This document shows positions 29,526-37,931 of a stretch of 64,000 nucleotides of DNA, piece by piece. The notes beneath the pieces are model-generated. The model saw only the letters and a list, made by a program, of their open reading frames with translations, did not search any database and was not told where the DNA came from. This stretch comes from Ruminococcus sp. (GTDB lineage: Bacteria; Bacillota; Clostridia; Oscillospirales; Ruminococcaceae). The stretch spans positions 23,564 through 87,563 of the forward strand of contig JAFXVT010000029.1 of assembly GCA_017534835.1 (NCBI GenBank), written 5' to 3'. The number at the start of each line of letters is the position of its first letter. The stretch's first letter is position 1. Position numbers and translations under genes: made by a program.

Positions 29526-29712
29526 CACCTCACTATAAATAATAACATATATAGATACAAATAGCAAGAGTCAAAAAAAATAAACTGACGCTGCGATTCA
29601 TTCGTTATAAAAAAATTGTAATCGGCTATGTTAGTATCATATATTAACAAAAATACAGCTTATTAATATAGACTGTTTAGACCTTTCATCTCAAAATGAT
29701 AGGCAAGAGCAA

Positions 29713-29730
29713 TTGTTAAACAATTATCAA
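29713..29730. promoter_or_regulatory. Candidate Rex-type operator
   Basis: TTGTTAA-ACAA-TTATCAA has one mismatch to the clostridial Rex consensus TTGTTAAnnnnTTAACAA as I recall it. It lies about 55 bp upstream of the pfl -35. Confidence 0.3.
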
Positions 29731-29785
29731 GTAAAATACCGTAAGTCGTTCATTAAAAATTAACAATTTATCGTAAGATATTCGC

Positions 29786-29814
29786 GTGACATAATCTGAT
29801 TACTGTTGTATAAT
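29786..29814 (+). promoter_or_regulatory. Sigma-A-like promoter of pfl
   Basis: GTGACA, 17-nt spacer, TATAAT. Confidence 0.5.
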
Positions 29815-29889
29815 AGAATTATAGTATCAATATTGCGGATGCCGCCTGACATAATGGCTTCTGCAATAAAGCGAAGGAGTCCTGATCTT

Positions 29890-32013
29890 ATGTTAGAGTA
29901 TATCAAAGAGTTTCCCAGGGAATGGGAAGGTTTTACACCCGGAAGATGGTGCAATACATCGGTCAATGTCAGGAATTTCATCAAAAACAACTATACCCCC
30001 TATGACGGCGATGAAAGCTTCCTCGCCGGTCCTACAGAGGCTACAAAGCAGCTGTGGGCGCAGGTAAGCGAGCTGTCTCGTCAGGAGCGTGAAGCCGGCG
30101 GTGTCCTCGATATGGATACGAAGATAATCTCAACTATTACCTCTCACGGTGCCGGCTACCTCAACAAAGACCTTGAACAGATCGTCGGTCTTCAGACGGA
30201 CAAGCCCTTCAAGCGCGCGCTTCAGCCCTTCGGCGGTATCCGTATGGCTCAGCAGGCTTGCAAGGAGTACGGCTATGAGGTCGATCCTGAGGTCGTTGAG
30301 ATCTTCACTAAGTACCGCAAGACTCACAATCAGGGCGTATTTGACGCTTATACACCCGAAATGCGCCTTGCACGACATTCTGCTATCCTCACCGGTCTTC
30401 CCGATGCTTACGGCAGAGGACGCATAATCGGCGACTACAGACGTATCGCTCTCTACGGCGTTGATATCCTTATTATGGACAAAAAGCACCAGATAGATAC
30501 CTCGCTCGTAAGAATGACCTCAAAGAATATCCGCCTCCGCGAAGAGCTTGCTGAGCAGGTCCGTGCTCTTGAGGACCTCAAGAAGCTCGGTGAGATATAC
30601 GGATTCGATATCTCAAAGCCTGCCGCAAACGCCAAGGAAGCAGTCCAGTGGCTCTATTTCGGCTATCTTGCCGCTGTCAAGGAGCAGAATGGTGCTGCAA
30701 TGTCACTCGGACGTACTTCTACCTTCCTCGACATCTATATCCAGCGCGACCTCGACCGCGGTATCATAACTGAGGAACAGGCTCAGGAGCTCATAGACCA
30801 CTTTATTATGAAGCTGCGTATCGTAAAGTTTGCACGTACTCCCGAATACAACGAGCTCTTCTCGGGCGACCCGACATGGATAACAGAATCCATCGGCGGT
30901 ATCACTGTTGACGGTCACCACCTCGTAACTAGGAACAGCTTCCGCTATCTGCATACCCTTGAAAATCTCGGTACTGCTCCCGAACCCAATATGACTGTGC
31001 TCTGGTCCACGAGACTCCCGAGAAACTTTAAGGTATACTGCGCAAAGATGTCCATTCAGACATCATCTATCCAGTATGAGAACGACGATATGATGCGTGA
31101 GATACACGGCGATGATTACGCTATCGCCTGCTGTGTTTCTTCTATGGTTGTCGGCAAGGAGATGCAGTTCTTCGGTGCGAGAGCAAACCTCGCCAAGTGC
31201 CTGCTTTACGCTATAAACGGCGGTGTGGACGAGCGCCTCGGCTTGCAGGTAGGTCCGAAATTCAGACCTGTTGATTCCGAATACCTCGACTTTGATGATG
31301 TTTGGGAAAAATATATGGATATGATGGAGTGGCTCGCAGGACTCTACGTGAACACCCTCAATGTTATCCACTATATGCACGATAAATACTGCTATGAGAG
31401 ACTCCAGATGGCTCTTCACGACCGCGATGTAAAGCGCTATTTTGCTACAGGTATCGCCGGTCTGTCAGTCGTTGCAGATTCGCTCTCAGCTATCAAATAC
31501 GCCAAGGTAAAGCCTATCCGCAAGGACATCGAGATAAAGGACAAGGCAGGCAATGTCGTTGACATCGCCAAGAATGTCGTTGTCGACTACGAAATTGAGG
31601 GAGATTTCCCGAAATACGGAAATAATGACGACCGGGTCGATGAGCTTGCAGTCAGCGTTGTAAGACACTTTATGGACTGCATCCGCAAGCATCACACTTA
31701 CCGTGACGGTGTTCCGACAATGTCTATCCTTACTATCACTTCAAATGTAGTGTATGGCAAGAAGACAGGCAACACTCCTGATGGACGCAAACAGGGCGTT
31801 CCGCTCGCTCCAGGTGCAAATCCGATGCACGGAAGAGATACTCACGGTGCTGTAGCTTCGCTCTCGTCCGTAGCAAAGCTCCCCTTCCGTCACGCTCAGG
31901 ACGGTATCTCAAATACGTTCTCTATCGTTCCGGACGCACTCGGTAAGGATATGCAGGTATTCGCCGGCGACCTCGACCTTGACAAGCTCGCTCAGGAGGC
32001 TGAAAATGAGTGA
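29890..32013 (+). CDS. pflB: Pyruvate formate-lyase catalytic core (formate C-acetyltransferase) lacking the glycyl-radical domain
   Basis: GAAGGAG upstream of the ATG at 29890. PflB-like from [10 protein letters not shown]...[18 protein letters not shown] to ...[10 protein letters not shown]. Active-site Cys-Cys at 31129-31134 (ACCVS). Ends with a 20-aa acidic tail and TGATAA. Confidence 0.9.
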   Translation: MLEYIKEFPREWEGFTPGRWCNTSVNVRNFIKNNYTPYDGDESFLAGPTEATKQLWAQVSELSRQEREAGGVLDMDTKIISTITSHGAGYLNKDLEQIVGLQTDKPFKRALQPFGGIRMAQQACKEYGYEVDPEVVEIFTKYRKTHNQGVFDAYTPEMRLARHSAILTGLPDAYGRGRIIGDYRRIALYGVDILIMDKKHQIDTSLVRMTSKNIRLREELAEQVRALEDLKKLGEIYGFDISKPAANAKEAVQWLYFGYLAAVKEQNGAAMSLGRTSTFLDIYIQRDLDRGIITEEQAQELIDHFIMKLRIVKFARTPEYNELFSGDPTWITESIGGITVDGHHLVTRNSFRYLHTLENLGTAPEPNMTVLWSTRLPRNFKVYCAKMSIQTSSIQYENDDMMREIHGDDYAIACCVSSMVVGKEMQFFGARANLAKCLLYAINGGVDERLGLQVGPKFRPVDSEYLDFDDVWEKYMDMMEWLAGLYVNTLNVIHYMHDKYCYERLQMALHDRDVKRYFATGIAGLSVVADSLSAIKYAKVKPIRKDIEIKDKAGNVVDIAKNVVVDYEIEGDFPKYGNNDDRVDELAVSVVRHFMDCIRKHHTYRDGVPTMSILTITSNVVYGKKTGNTPDGRKQGVPLAPGANPMHGRDTHGAVASLSSVAKLPFRHAQDGISNTFSIVPDALGKDMQVFAGDLDLDKLAQEAENE

Positions 32014-32215
32014 TAATATCAGACCCGACGGTAAATCTCCCGAGGAGCTCGCTGACCTGATAGATACTCTTATGTCGCAGGGAAGCGGTCACGTAAACAT
32101 CACTTCCGGCAGCGATAACAACGGTATCAAGGTCGATACAGTAAAGAGTACAGACATCTGCGGCGTTAAGGGTGCGTGCTGTCAGCCGACCGAAAACGCC
32201 ATCGACGAAGACTAA
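32006..32215 (+). CDS. 69-aa acidic Cys-Cys protein encoded between the two pfl segments
   Basis: AGGAGG 6 nt upstream of the ATG. The ATG overlaps the core stop (ATGAGTGA). Its own stop is embedded in the next SD site (TAAGGAGG). No recognised family. Confidence 0.55.
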   Translation: MSDNIRPDGKSPEELADLIDTLMSQGSGHVNITSGSDNNGIKVDTVKSTDICGVKGACCQPTENAIDED

Positions 32216-32226
32216 GGAGGATAATT

Positions 32227-32466
32227 ATGGCTAACGATAAACAGGTAGATAATCTCATTGAGCTGCTCGACGGCTATGTAGAAAAAGGCGGTCATCACCT
32301 CAATGTAAATGTATTCACAAGAGAGACTCTTCTCGATGCTCAGGCTCACCCGGAGAAGTATCCTCAGCTCACAGTCAGGGTCTCCGGCTACGCAGTAAAC
32401 TTCGTAAAGCTCACAAAAGAGCAGCAGGACGACGTTATCTCGCGTACCTTCCATAACACATTATAA
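32227..32466 (+). CDS. Free-standing glycyl-radical domain (C-terminal PFL segment, GrcA/YfiD-like)
   Basis: AAGGAGG 6 nt upstream of the [12 protein letters not shown] ... [33 protein letters not shown], with the radical Gly codon at 32386-32388. Confidence 0.85.
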   Translation: MANDKQVDNLIELLDGYVEKGGHHLNVNVFTRETLLDAQAHPEKYPQLTVRVSGYAVNFVKLTKEQQDDVISRTFHNTL

Positions 32467-32472
32467 AAATCA

Positions 32473-32517
32473 GCAGTCAGCAACGGAAGCACACCTTGCT
32501 GACTGCATTTTTTCTTT
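32473..32517. terminator. Bidirectional terminator
   Basis: GCAGTCAGCAA / TTGCTGACTGC 11-bp stem followed by TTTTTTCTTTTT. There is an A-run on the other side. Confidence 0.85.
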
Positions 32518-32952
32518 TTAGAGGTATTGCCTCATATCAGCCGAAAGCTTCTCTTCTGAGCTGATAAGGCGTTTTGCGATGTCCTTCGAGCGCTCGTCTG
32601 CTGCCTTGTACTGATTCATATAACGGCTCAGGGATTTAATCCCCATATTGCAGCCGTCAATCATCAGCTCGGCGATCTTGCTGTCTGTGCCGTCGATGAG
32701 CATTTCCCAGTTCGTTTTGACCCACGACATACCCTGAACTACCGGATTCGGGTCCTTTCCGTCGTCGTGATAGTCGTCAAGGACTTTCTGAAGGTCAGTC
32801 TGAAGGCGTTCGTTTTCGCTCTTGCTGCTTCGGAGGATAGACTGTAATCCCCTGCCCTTGACGTGATCCATTACCTCATCAATAGCGGTTATACCCATTT
32901 TTACGCCTGAATCGCACTCACGGAGCAGACGTATCGTATCTCTTTCAACCAT
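32518..32952 (-). CDS. Hypothetical helical protein (144 aa)
   Basis: Clean ORF with an AAGGAG SD site. Predicted all-helical. No confident family. Confidence 0.6.
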   Translation of the reverse strand: MVERDTIRLLRECDSGVKMGITAIDEVMDHVKGRGLQSILRSSKSENERLQTDLQKVLDDYHDDGKDPNPVVQGMSWVKTNWEMLIDGTDSKIAELMIDGCNMGIKSLSRYMNQYKAADERSKDIAKRLISSEEKLSADMRQYL

Positions 32953-32999
32953 AAAAATAACACTCCTTTCGGCGTTATTATCCGCAGGAAAGGAGTGTT
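32953..32999 (-). terminator. Terminator of ddh whose descending arm contains the SD site of the next gene
   Basis: On the minus strand: AACACTCCTTTC, 17-nt loop, GAAAGGAGTGTT, then ATTTTT immediately followed by ATG. Confidence 0.7.
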
Positions 33000-33017
33000 T
33001 ATTCGTTTTATCGAGAA

Positions 33018-34007
33018 TTAAAGCATCTTTGCTCTCAGTTCTTCACCGGAAAGCGGCGAGAGATAAGCAGGAGCGATGTCGAATGCTGTCTTACAGCCTG
33101 TTGCTCCCTCAGCCTTGAGACGTGCCATTGCTCTTGCAAAGCAGATGAGCACGCTTGCTGTGAACTCGGGATTTGAACCAAGCTTGAGTGAATATTCGAT
33201 CATCTGATGTGTCTGCTCGCCGTCGCCTGTGAGACCGCTTCTCATTACGAAGCCGCCGTGAGGCATCGTGTTGTGCTTAGCATCGAACTCTTCCTCGGTG
33301 ATGAAATTTACTGTTGTATCGTATTCATCGAAGTAGTTCTTCATTGTCTTTATATCGTTCTCGATCTTTGCAAGATCTGCGCCTTCCTTCGGAACTACCC
33401 AGCACTCACGGAGATGCTTCTGACGGGTAGTAAGCTCGGGCTGGCTTCCGCTTCTTACAGCTTCCATTGCAGACTCTATCGGAACTGTGTACTGGATACC
33501 ACGCTTTACGCCCTCAACACGGCGGATAGCATCGGAGTGTCCCTGACTTACACCCTTGCCCCAGAATGTGTAGCTCTTGCCGCTGGGAAGGATAGACTCA
33601 GCATAGAGTCTGTTGAGTGAGAAGAGACCGGGATCCCAGCCGAGTGAGATGAACGCGAGGTGTCCGCTCTCCTTTGCAGCCTTGTCTACGTTTGCAAAAT
33701 GCTCGGGGATACGAGCGTGAGTATCAAAGCTGTCGATAACATTGAAATACTTTGCGAGCTCAGGAGTCTGCTTGGGGAGGTCAGTTGCACTTCCGCCGCA
33801 GATGATGAGAACGTCAATGTCGTTCTGCTTAGACTGGATGTCATTGATGCTGAATACAGGTGCGCCTGCTGTGAGAGGCTTGAGAGACGAAGGATCGCGG
33901 CGTGTGAAAATGCCTGCGAGCTCCATATCGTCGTTCTGTCTGATAGCAAGTTCTACACCCTTGCCGAGGTTGCCGTAGCCGGCAATACCAATTCTGATCT
34001 TGCTCAT
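33018..34007 (-). CDS. ddh: meso-Diaminopimelate D-dehydrogenase
   Basis: MSKIRIGIAGYGNLGKGVE...GIFTRRD N-terminus typical of Ddh. AAGGAG upstream of the ATG at 34007. Confidence 0.88.
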   Translation of the reverse strand: MSKIRIGIAGYGNLGKGVELAIRQNDDMELAGIFTRRDPSSLKPLTAGAPVFSINDIQSKQNDIDVLIICGGSATDLPKQTPELAKYFNVIDSFDTHARIPEHFANVDKAAKESGHLAFISLGWDPGLFSLNRLYAESILPSGKSYTFWGKGVSQGHSDAIRRVEGVKRGIQYTVPIESAMEAVRSGSQPELTTRQKHLRECWVVPKEGADLAKIENDIKTMKNYFDEYDTTVNFITEEEFDAKHNTMPHGGFVMRSGLTGDGEQTHQMIEYSLKLGSNPEFTASVLICFARAMARLKAEGATGCKTAFDIAPAYLSPLSGEELRAKML

Positions 34008-34095
34008 TGGTTTGCTCCTTTGAAAATTTATTTGTACCGCCCTCGCCATTGAAGACGGAACATGGCAATGTTAGTTCAAGGCAGACGTGTGTCTG

Positions 34096-34845
34096 TCATA
34101 TAAGCATCTGCATATCATAAAGACCGGCAGGCTGACTCTTCAGGAAGAGAGCTGCCTTTACAGACCCCTCTGCGAATACCATTTTTGAAGCAGCTGAATG
34201 CGAAAGAGTTATGACCTCGTCGTTTCCGGCAAAGATCACATCGTGCTCGCCTACGATAGTGCCGCCGCGGATAGCGTGCATACCTATCTCGCTCTTCTCA
34301 CGCTTCTGACGGCGTGAGTGGCGGTCGTAGACATACTGCTTGGAGTTTCCGAAGGTCTCGTTGATCGCATTTGCGAGCATTATAGCTGTTCCGCTCGGTG
34401 CATCTATCTTCTGATTATGGTGCTTCTCAACGATCTCAATATCGAAGCGGTCTCCGAGGACTTCAGCAGCCTTCTTCGCGAGGTTCACAAGAAGGTTGAT
34501 GCCTAAGGACATATTGAATGTGAAGAAGACCGGTATCTGCTCGGCAGCTGACTTTATCTGAGCTATCTGCTCGTCGGTGTAGCCTGTCGATGCCACTACG
34601 AGCGGTGTGCCTGTTGAAAGGCAGTATTCGAGAAGTCCGCTGAGAGAAGCGGGATTTGAGAAGTCGATTATTACATCGGGCTTTACGGGAAGCTCCGACG
34701 GTGCGGCAACTATCGGGAAATCTGCATATTCCTTCGTGTAGATGTCGATACCGGCAACGACCTTGCAGTCATCGCGCTCTTCGATGCAGCTATAGACATT
34801 CTTGCCCATTTTTCCGTTAGCTCCGCATATTGCTATATTTGTCAT
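34096..34845 (-). CDS. dapB: 4-hydroxy-tetrahydrodipicolinate reductase
   Basis: GANGKMG nucleotide-binding loop and EKHHNQKIDAPSGTA catalytic block. Confidence 0.95.
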   Translation of the reverse strand: MTNIAICGANGKMGKNVYSCIEERDDCKVVAGIDIYTKEYADFPIVAAPSELPVKPDVIIDFSNPASLSGLLEYCLSTGTPLVVASTGYTDEQIAQIKSAAEQIPVFFTFNMSLGINLLVNLAKKAAEVLGDRFDIEIVEKHHNQKIDAPSGTAIMLANAINETFGNSKQYVYDRHSRRQKREKSEIGMHAIRGGTIVGEHDVIFAGNDEVITLSHSAASKMVFAEGSVKAALFLKSQPAGLYDMQMLI

Positions 34846-34883
34846 ATTATTCACTTCCTTGCGGTTATGACCGCAGCAGATTT

Positions 34884-35774
34884 TTACTTGATAAGTCCGT
34901 GTCTTTCGAGTGTTGCACGGAGCTTTGCTCTGTGCTCATCTGTCATCTCGCACAGCGGCAGGCGGCACGGACCTGCATTCCAGCCGAGCATATTCATAGC
35001 TTCCTTTACCGGAATGGGATTGACCTCGATAAAGAGGTCGTTGATGATGTCGAGATACTTCAGCTGAAGCTTCATCGCCTCTTCAAAGTTGTTATCAAGG
35101 CAGAGCTGCACCATATCGTGCATCTCCTTGGGGATAACGTGCGAAGCTACGGAAATGACGCCCTTTCCGCCGAGTGACATAACAGGTACGACCATATCAT
35201 CGTTTCCGCTGTATATGTCTATGTTGTCGCCGCACTCAGCCGCGATCTTTGCTACATAGCTGATATTGCCGCTTGCTTCCTTGATAGCAGCAATATTCTT
35301 ATGCTTTGAAAGCTCCTTGACTGTTGCAACATCAAAGCCGCAGCCTGTTCTGCTGGGAACGTTGTAAAGAATGATCGGGATATTTACTGCATCTGCGATA
35401 GCGGTGAAATGAGCTACAAGTCCCTTCTGTGAAGCCTTATTGTAATAGGGCGTTACGTGGAGCAGAGCGTCTGCACCGGCTGCCTCAGCCTCCTTTGAGA
35501 GTTCAACTGCATAGCGAGTGTCATTGCTTCCGGCGCCTGCGATCACAGGAACTCTGCCGGCTGTGTGCTTAACAGCGAACTTGATGCAGTCGCGGTGCTC
35601 ATCGTCTGTCATTGTAGCAGATTCGCCTGTGGTACCGCAAATAACTATTGCATCGGTGCCGTTTGCTATCTGGTCATCTATAACACGTCCGAGCTCATCG
35701 TAGTTGATCGAGCCGTCAGCGTTCATCGGTGTTATTATTGCGACAGCAGCACCGGTAAAAATCGTGTTCTTCAT
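34884..35774 (-). CDS. dapA: 4-hydroxy-tetrahydrodipicolinate synthase
   Basis: GTTGESATMT, YNVPSRTG and the active-site Lys context AIKEASG. Confidence 0.95.
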   Translation of the reverse strand: MKNTIFTGAAVAIITPMNADGSINYDELGRVIDDQIANGTDAIVICGTTGESATMTDDEHRDCIKFAVKHTAGRVPVIAGAGSNDTRYAVELSKEAEAAGADALLHVTPYYNKASQKGLVAHFTAIADAVNIPIILYNVPSRTGCGFDVATVKELSKHKNIAAIKEASGNISYVAKIAAECGDNIDIYSGNDDMVVPVMSLGGKGVISVASHVIPKEMHDMVQLCLDNNFEEAMKLQLKYLDIINDLFIEVNPIPVKEAMNMLGWNAGPCRLPLCEMTDEHRAKLRATLERHGLIK

Positions 35775-35804
35775 AATAGATCTGTCCTTTCTTAATTAGG
35801 AAAA

Positions 35805-36884
35805 TCAGTCAAAATAGCCCTTTGCTGCGAGGAGCTCTGCAAGCAGAACACCGCCGCCTGCTGCACCTCTGAGTGTGTTGTGTGAAAGGCATACGAACTT
35901 GTAATCGTACTGGGTATCCTCGCGGAGACGGCCTGTCGAAACTGCCATACCGCCCTCGATATTTCTGTCGAGCTTAGCCTGCGGACGGTCGTTTTCCTCG
36001 AAGTAGTGGATGAACTGCTTGGGAGCACTGGGGAGCTCGAGCTCCTGCGGAACGCCTTTGAAATCAGCCCAGAGCTTGAGTATCTCCTCCTTGGAGGGCT
36101 TGTTCTCAAAGCTTACGAATACAGCAGCTGTGTGTCCGTCGGAAACGGGAACTCTGAGGCACTGTGTCGTAATGTTGGGAGCTGTAGCCTTGACGATCTC
36201 ATTGCCCTTGATCTCGCCCCAGACCTTGAGCGGCTCCTGCTCGGACTTCTCCTCTTCGCCGCCGATGTAGGGAATGAGGTTGTCGATCATTTCCGGCCAG
36301 GTCTCGAAATTCTTTCCGGCGCCGGAAATTGCCTGATATGTGCAGGCAAGAACGTTCTTGAGCCCGAACTTTCTGAGCGGGTGAAGAGCAGGAACATAGC
36401 TCTGGATAGAGCAGTTGGACTTGACTGCGATGAAGCCTCTCTTTGTGCCGAGACGCTCACGCTGTGCCTTGATTATCTCAATGTGTTCGGGATTTATCTC
36501 CGGAACGACCATAGGTACGTCAGGAGTGAATCTGTGAGCGGAGTTGTTCGATACAATCGGGCACTCAGCCTTTGCGTACTTCTCTTCAAGAGCCTTTATC
36601 TCGTCCTTTTTCATATCAACTGCACAAAAGCAGAAATCTACCATTGACGCGATCTTCTCTATATCGGAGGTTGCGTCCAGAAGGACCATATCCTTCATAG
36701 CTGCTGGCATGGGAACTGCCATCTTCCAGCGGCTTCCTGCTGCCTGCTCGTATGTCTGACCGGCACTTCTCGGAGATGCTGCGAGCACCTTTACATTGAA
36801 CCACGGGTGATTCTCGAGCAGCGTTGCAAAGCGCTGTCCTACCATTCCCGTTGCACCGATGATACCTACGTTGTACTGTTTCAT
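35805..36884 (-). CDS. asd: Aspartate-semialdehyde dehydrogenase
   Basis: GATGMVGQR, NCSIQ (active-site Cys) and SHNTLRGAAG. Confidence 0.95.
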   Translation of the reverse strand: MKQYNVGIIGATGMVGQRFATLLENHPWFNVKVLAASPRSAGQTYEQAAGSRWKMAVPMPAAMKDMVLLDATSDIEKIASMVDFCFCAVDMKKDEIKALEEKYAKAECPIVSNNSAHRFTPDVPMVVPEINPEHIEIIKAQRERLGTKRGFIAVKSNCSIQSYVPALHPLRKFGLKNVLACTYQAISGAGKNFETWPEMIDNLIPYIGGEEEKSEQEPLKVWGEIKGNEIVKATAPNITTQCLRVPVSDGHTAAVFVSFENKPSKEEILKLWADFKGVPQELELPSAPKQFIHYFEENDRPQAKLDRNIEGGMAVSTGRLREDTQYDYKFVCLSHNTLRGAAGGGVLLAELLAAKGYFD

Positions 36885-36904
36885 AAAACTACTCCTTCTA
36901 AATT

Positions 36905-36941
36905 TTTTTCAAAAAAATAAGAAAACCGGTTGCAAACCGGT
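36905..36941 (-). terminator. Riboswitch expression-platform terminator
   Basis: On the minus strand: ACCGGTT-TGCA-AACCGGT followed by TTTCTTATTTTTTT, just upstream of the asd SD site. Confidence 0.7.
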
Positions 36942-36984
36942 CGATCATGAGTTATAATAGAAATGTTAGCATAGCTTTTGTCAG

Positions 36985-37155
36985 TTATGCGATAGCTCTC
37001 CATCAAACACATGATGACAGCTGTAAACCTGTTCGATAATACAGCCAGAACGGGATTTACCGGAAACCGCTCTTCGGCAGCCTTGCCTTTCGGCACGCTT
37101 CATCGGACCGGTCGTCCTCCGCGTGCTTAATCATCGCAGCTGCACCTCTACCTTG
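36985..37155 (-). promoter_or_regulatory. Lysine riboswitch (L-box)
   Basis: The minus-strand leader contains GGTAGAGGTGCAGC, GCCGAAAGG, GCCGAAGAG and CTGTCATCATGTGTTTGATGGAGAGCTATC. These match the conserved L-box segments. It sits upstream of lysine/DAP genes. Confidence 0.8.
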
Positions 37156-37161
37156 TTTAAT

Positions 37162-37190
37162 ATAATATCACTTATAATGCGCGTTGTCAA
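37162..37190 (-). promoter_or_regulatory. Sigma-A-like promoter of the L-box-asd operon
   Basis: TTGACA, 17-nt spacer, TATTAT on the minus strand. Confidence 0.6.
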
Positions 37191-37235
37191 CAGTTTTTTG
37201 AGATTTTAAAAATTATTTTTCGGAAAGGAACCGCT

Positions 37236-37931
37236 ATGAGCATATCCGAATACATAAAATCTGCTCTTATGGAGTTGAAGGACGATGAATTTGCCGTATT
37301 TACACAAAAAACTATCCCGAATATAGATAAAAAATGTTTTATCGGTGTTCGCACTCCCGACCTGCGAAAGCTCGCCAAAAAGCTGGTAAAGCGCGATGAT
37401 ACAGGCGAATTTCTCGCAGCACTCCCCCACCGTTTCTTCGAGGAGTATCAGCTCCATTCCTTCATCATCTCAGAGGTGAGGGACTTCGATGAATGTATCC
37501 GCCTTACAGATGCCTTTCTCCCGTATATAGACAACTGGGCTACGTGTGACCAGCTTTCCCCGAAGGTATTAGGCAGGTACAAGGACGAGCTTTTGCCTTA
37601 TATCGACAAATGGCTCGGCTCGGAGCACACCTATACCGTAAGATTTGCGATATGCTCGCTTATGCGTTTCTACCTCGGACCCGACCTCAAAGTCGAGTAT
37701 CCCGACAGAATAGCGCTGATACGCTCGGACGAATACTACATAAATATGATGAGAGCGTGGTATTTCGCGACCGCTCTCGCTAAGAACTATGATGAGATAG
37801 TACCGTATATCGAGGATAAAAGACTCGATGTATGGACTCACAATAAAACCATACAAAAGGCTGTGGAGAGCTTCCGCATCACTGACGAGCAGAAGCAGTA
37901 CCTCCGCACGCTGAAAATAAAAGGAGCTTGA
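37236..37931 (+). CDS. DNA alkylation repair protein (HEAT-like repeat family)
   Basis: Pattern [14 protein letters not shown] ... YIDNWATCD is typical of this family. Confidence 0.7.
   Translation: MSISEYIKSALMELKDDEFAVFTQKTIPNIDKKCFIGVRTPDLRKLAKKLVKRDDTGEFLAALPHRFFEEYQLHSFIISEVRDFDECIRLTDAFLPYIDNWATCDQLSPKVLGRYKDELLPYIDKWLGSEHTYTVRFAICSLMRFYLGPDLKVEYPDRIALIRSDEYYINMMRAWYFATALAKNYDEIVPYIEDKRLDVWTHNKTIQKAVESFRITDEQKQYLRTLKIKGA

Noticed and set aside
29568-29889. ZTP (pfl-motif) riboswitch upstream of pfl
   Set aside because: Only a fragment (GCCGCCTGAC) resembles the CCGCCTGGGC pseudoknot strand. The GGGTCGTGAC...GGCG 5' sub-domain is absent, and the leader downstream of the likely promoter is only about 70 nt.
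32014-32226. Group I/II intron or intein interrupting pfl
   Set aside because: At 213 nt it is too short for a typical group I or II intron, and I see no conserved intron core pairings. There is no in-frame continuous ORF, so an intein is impossible. The segment instead reads as a normal small gene with a normal SD site.
31948-32238. pfl as a simple frameshift or nonsense pseudogene, or an assembly error
   Set aside because: This is not excluded without reads, but it is disfavoured. The interruption is a 288-nt block containing several stops in the pfl frame. It has two consensus SD sites at 6-nt spacing from ATG codons, and the break falls exactly at the structural boundary of the radical domain. 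It is kept as a finding with re-sequencing as the first check.
36006-36647. 213-aa plus-strand ORF, and similar ORFs at 2984-3685(-), 44582-45460(-), 15658-16293(-), 17392-18039(-) and 19295-19969(-)
   Set aside because: All lie antisense to confidently identified genes (asd, ecfT, secA, GH31 and the amino-acid ABC genes). They lack ribosome-binding sites and recognisable domains.
36881-37096. 71-aa minus-strand ORF upstream of asd
   Set aside because: It overlaps the lysine riboswitch and its terminator and has no SD site.
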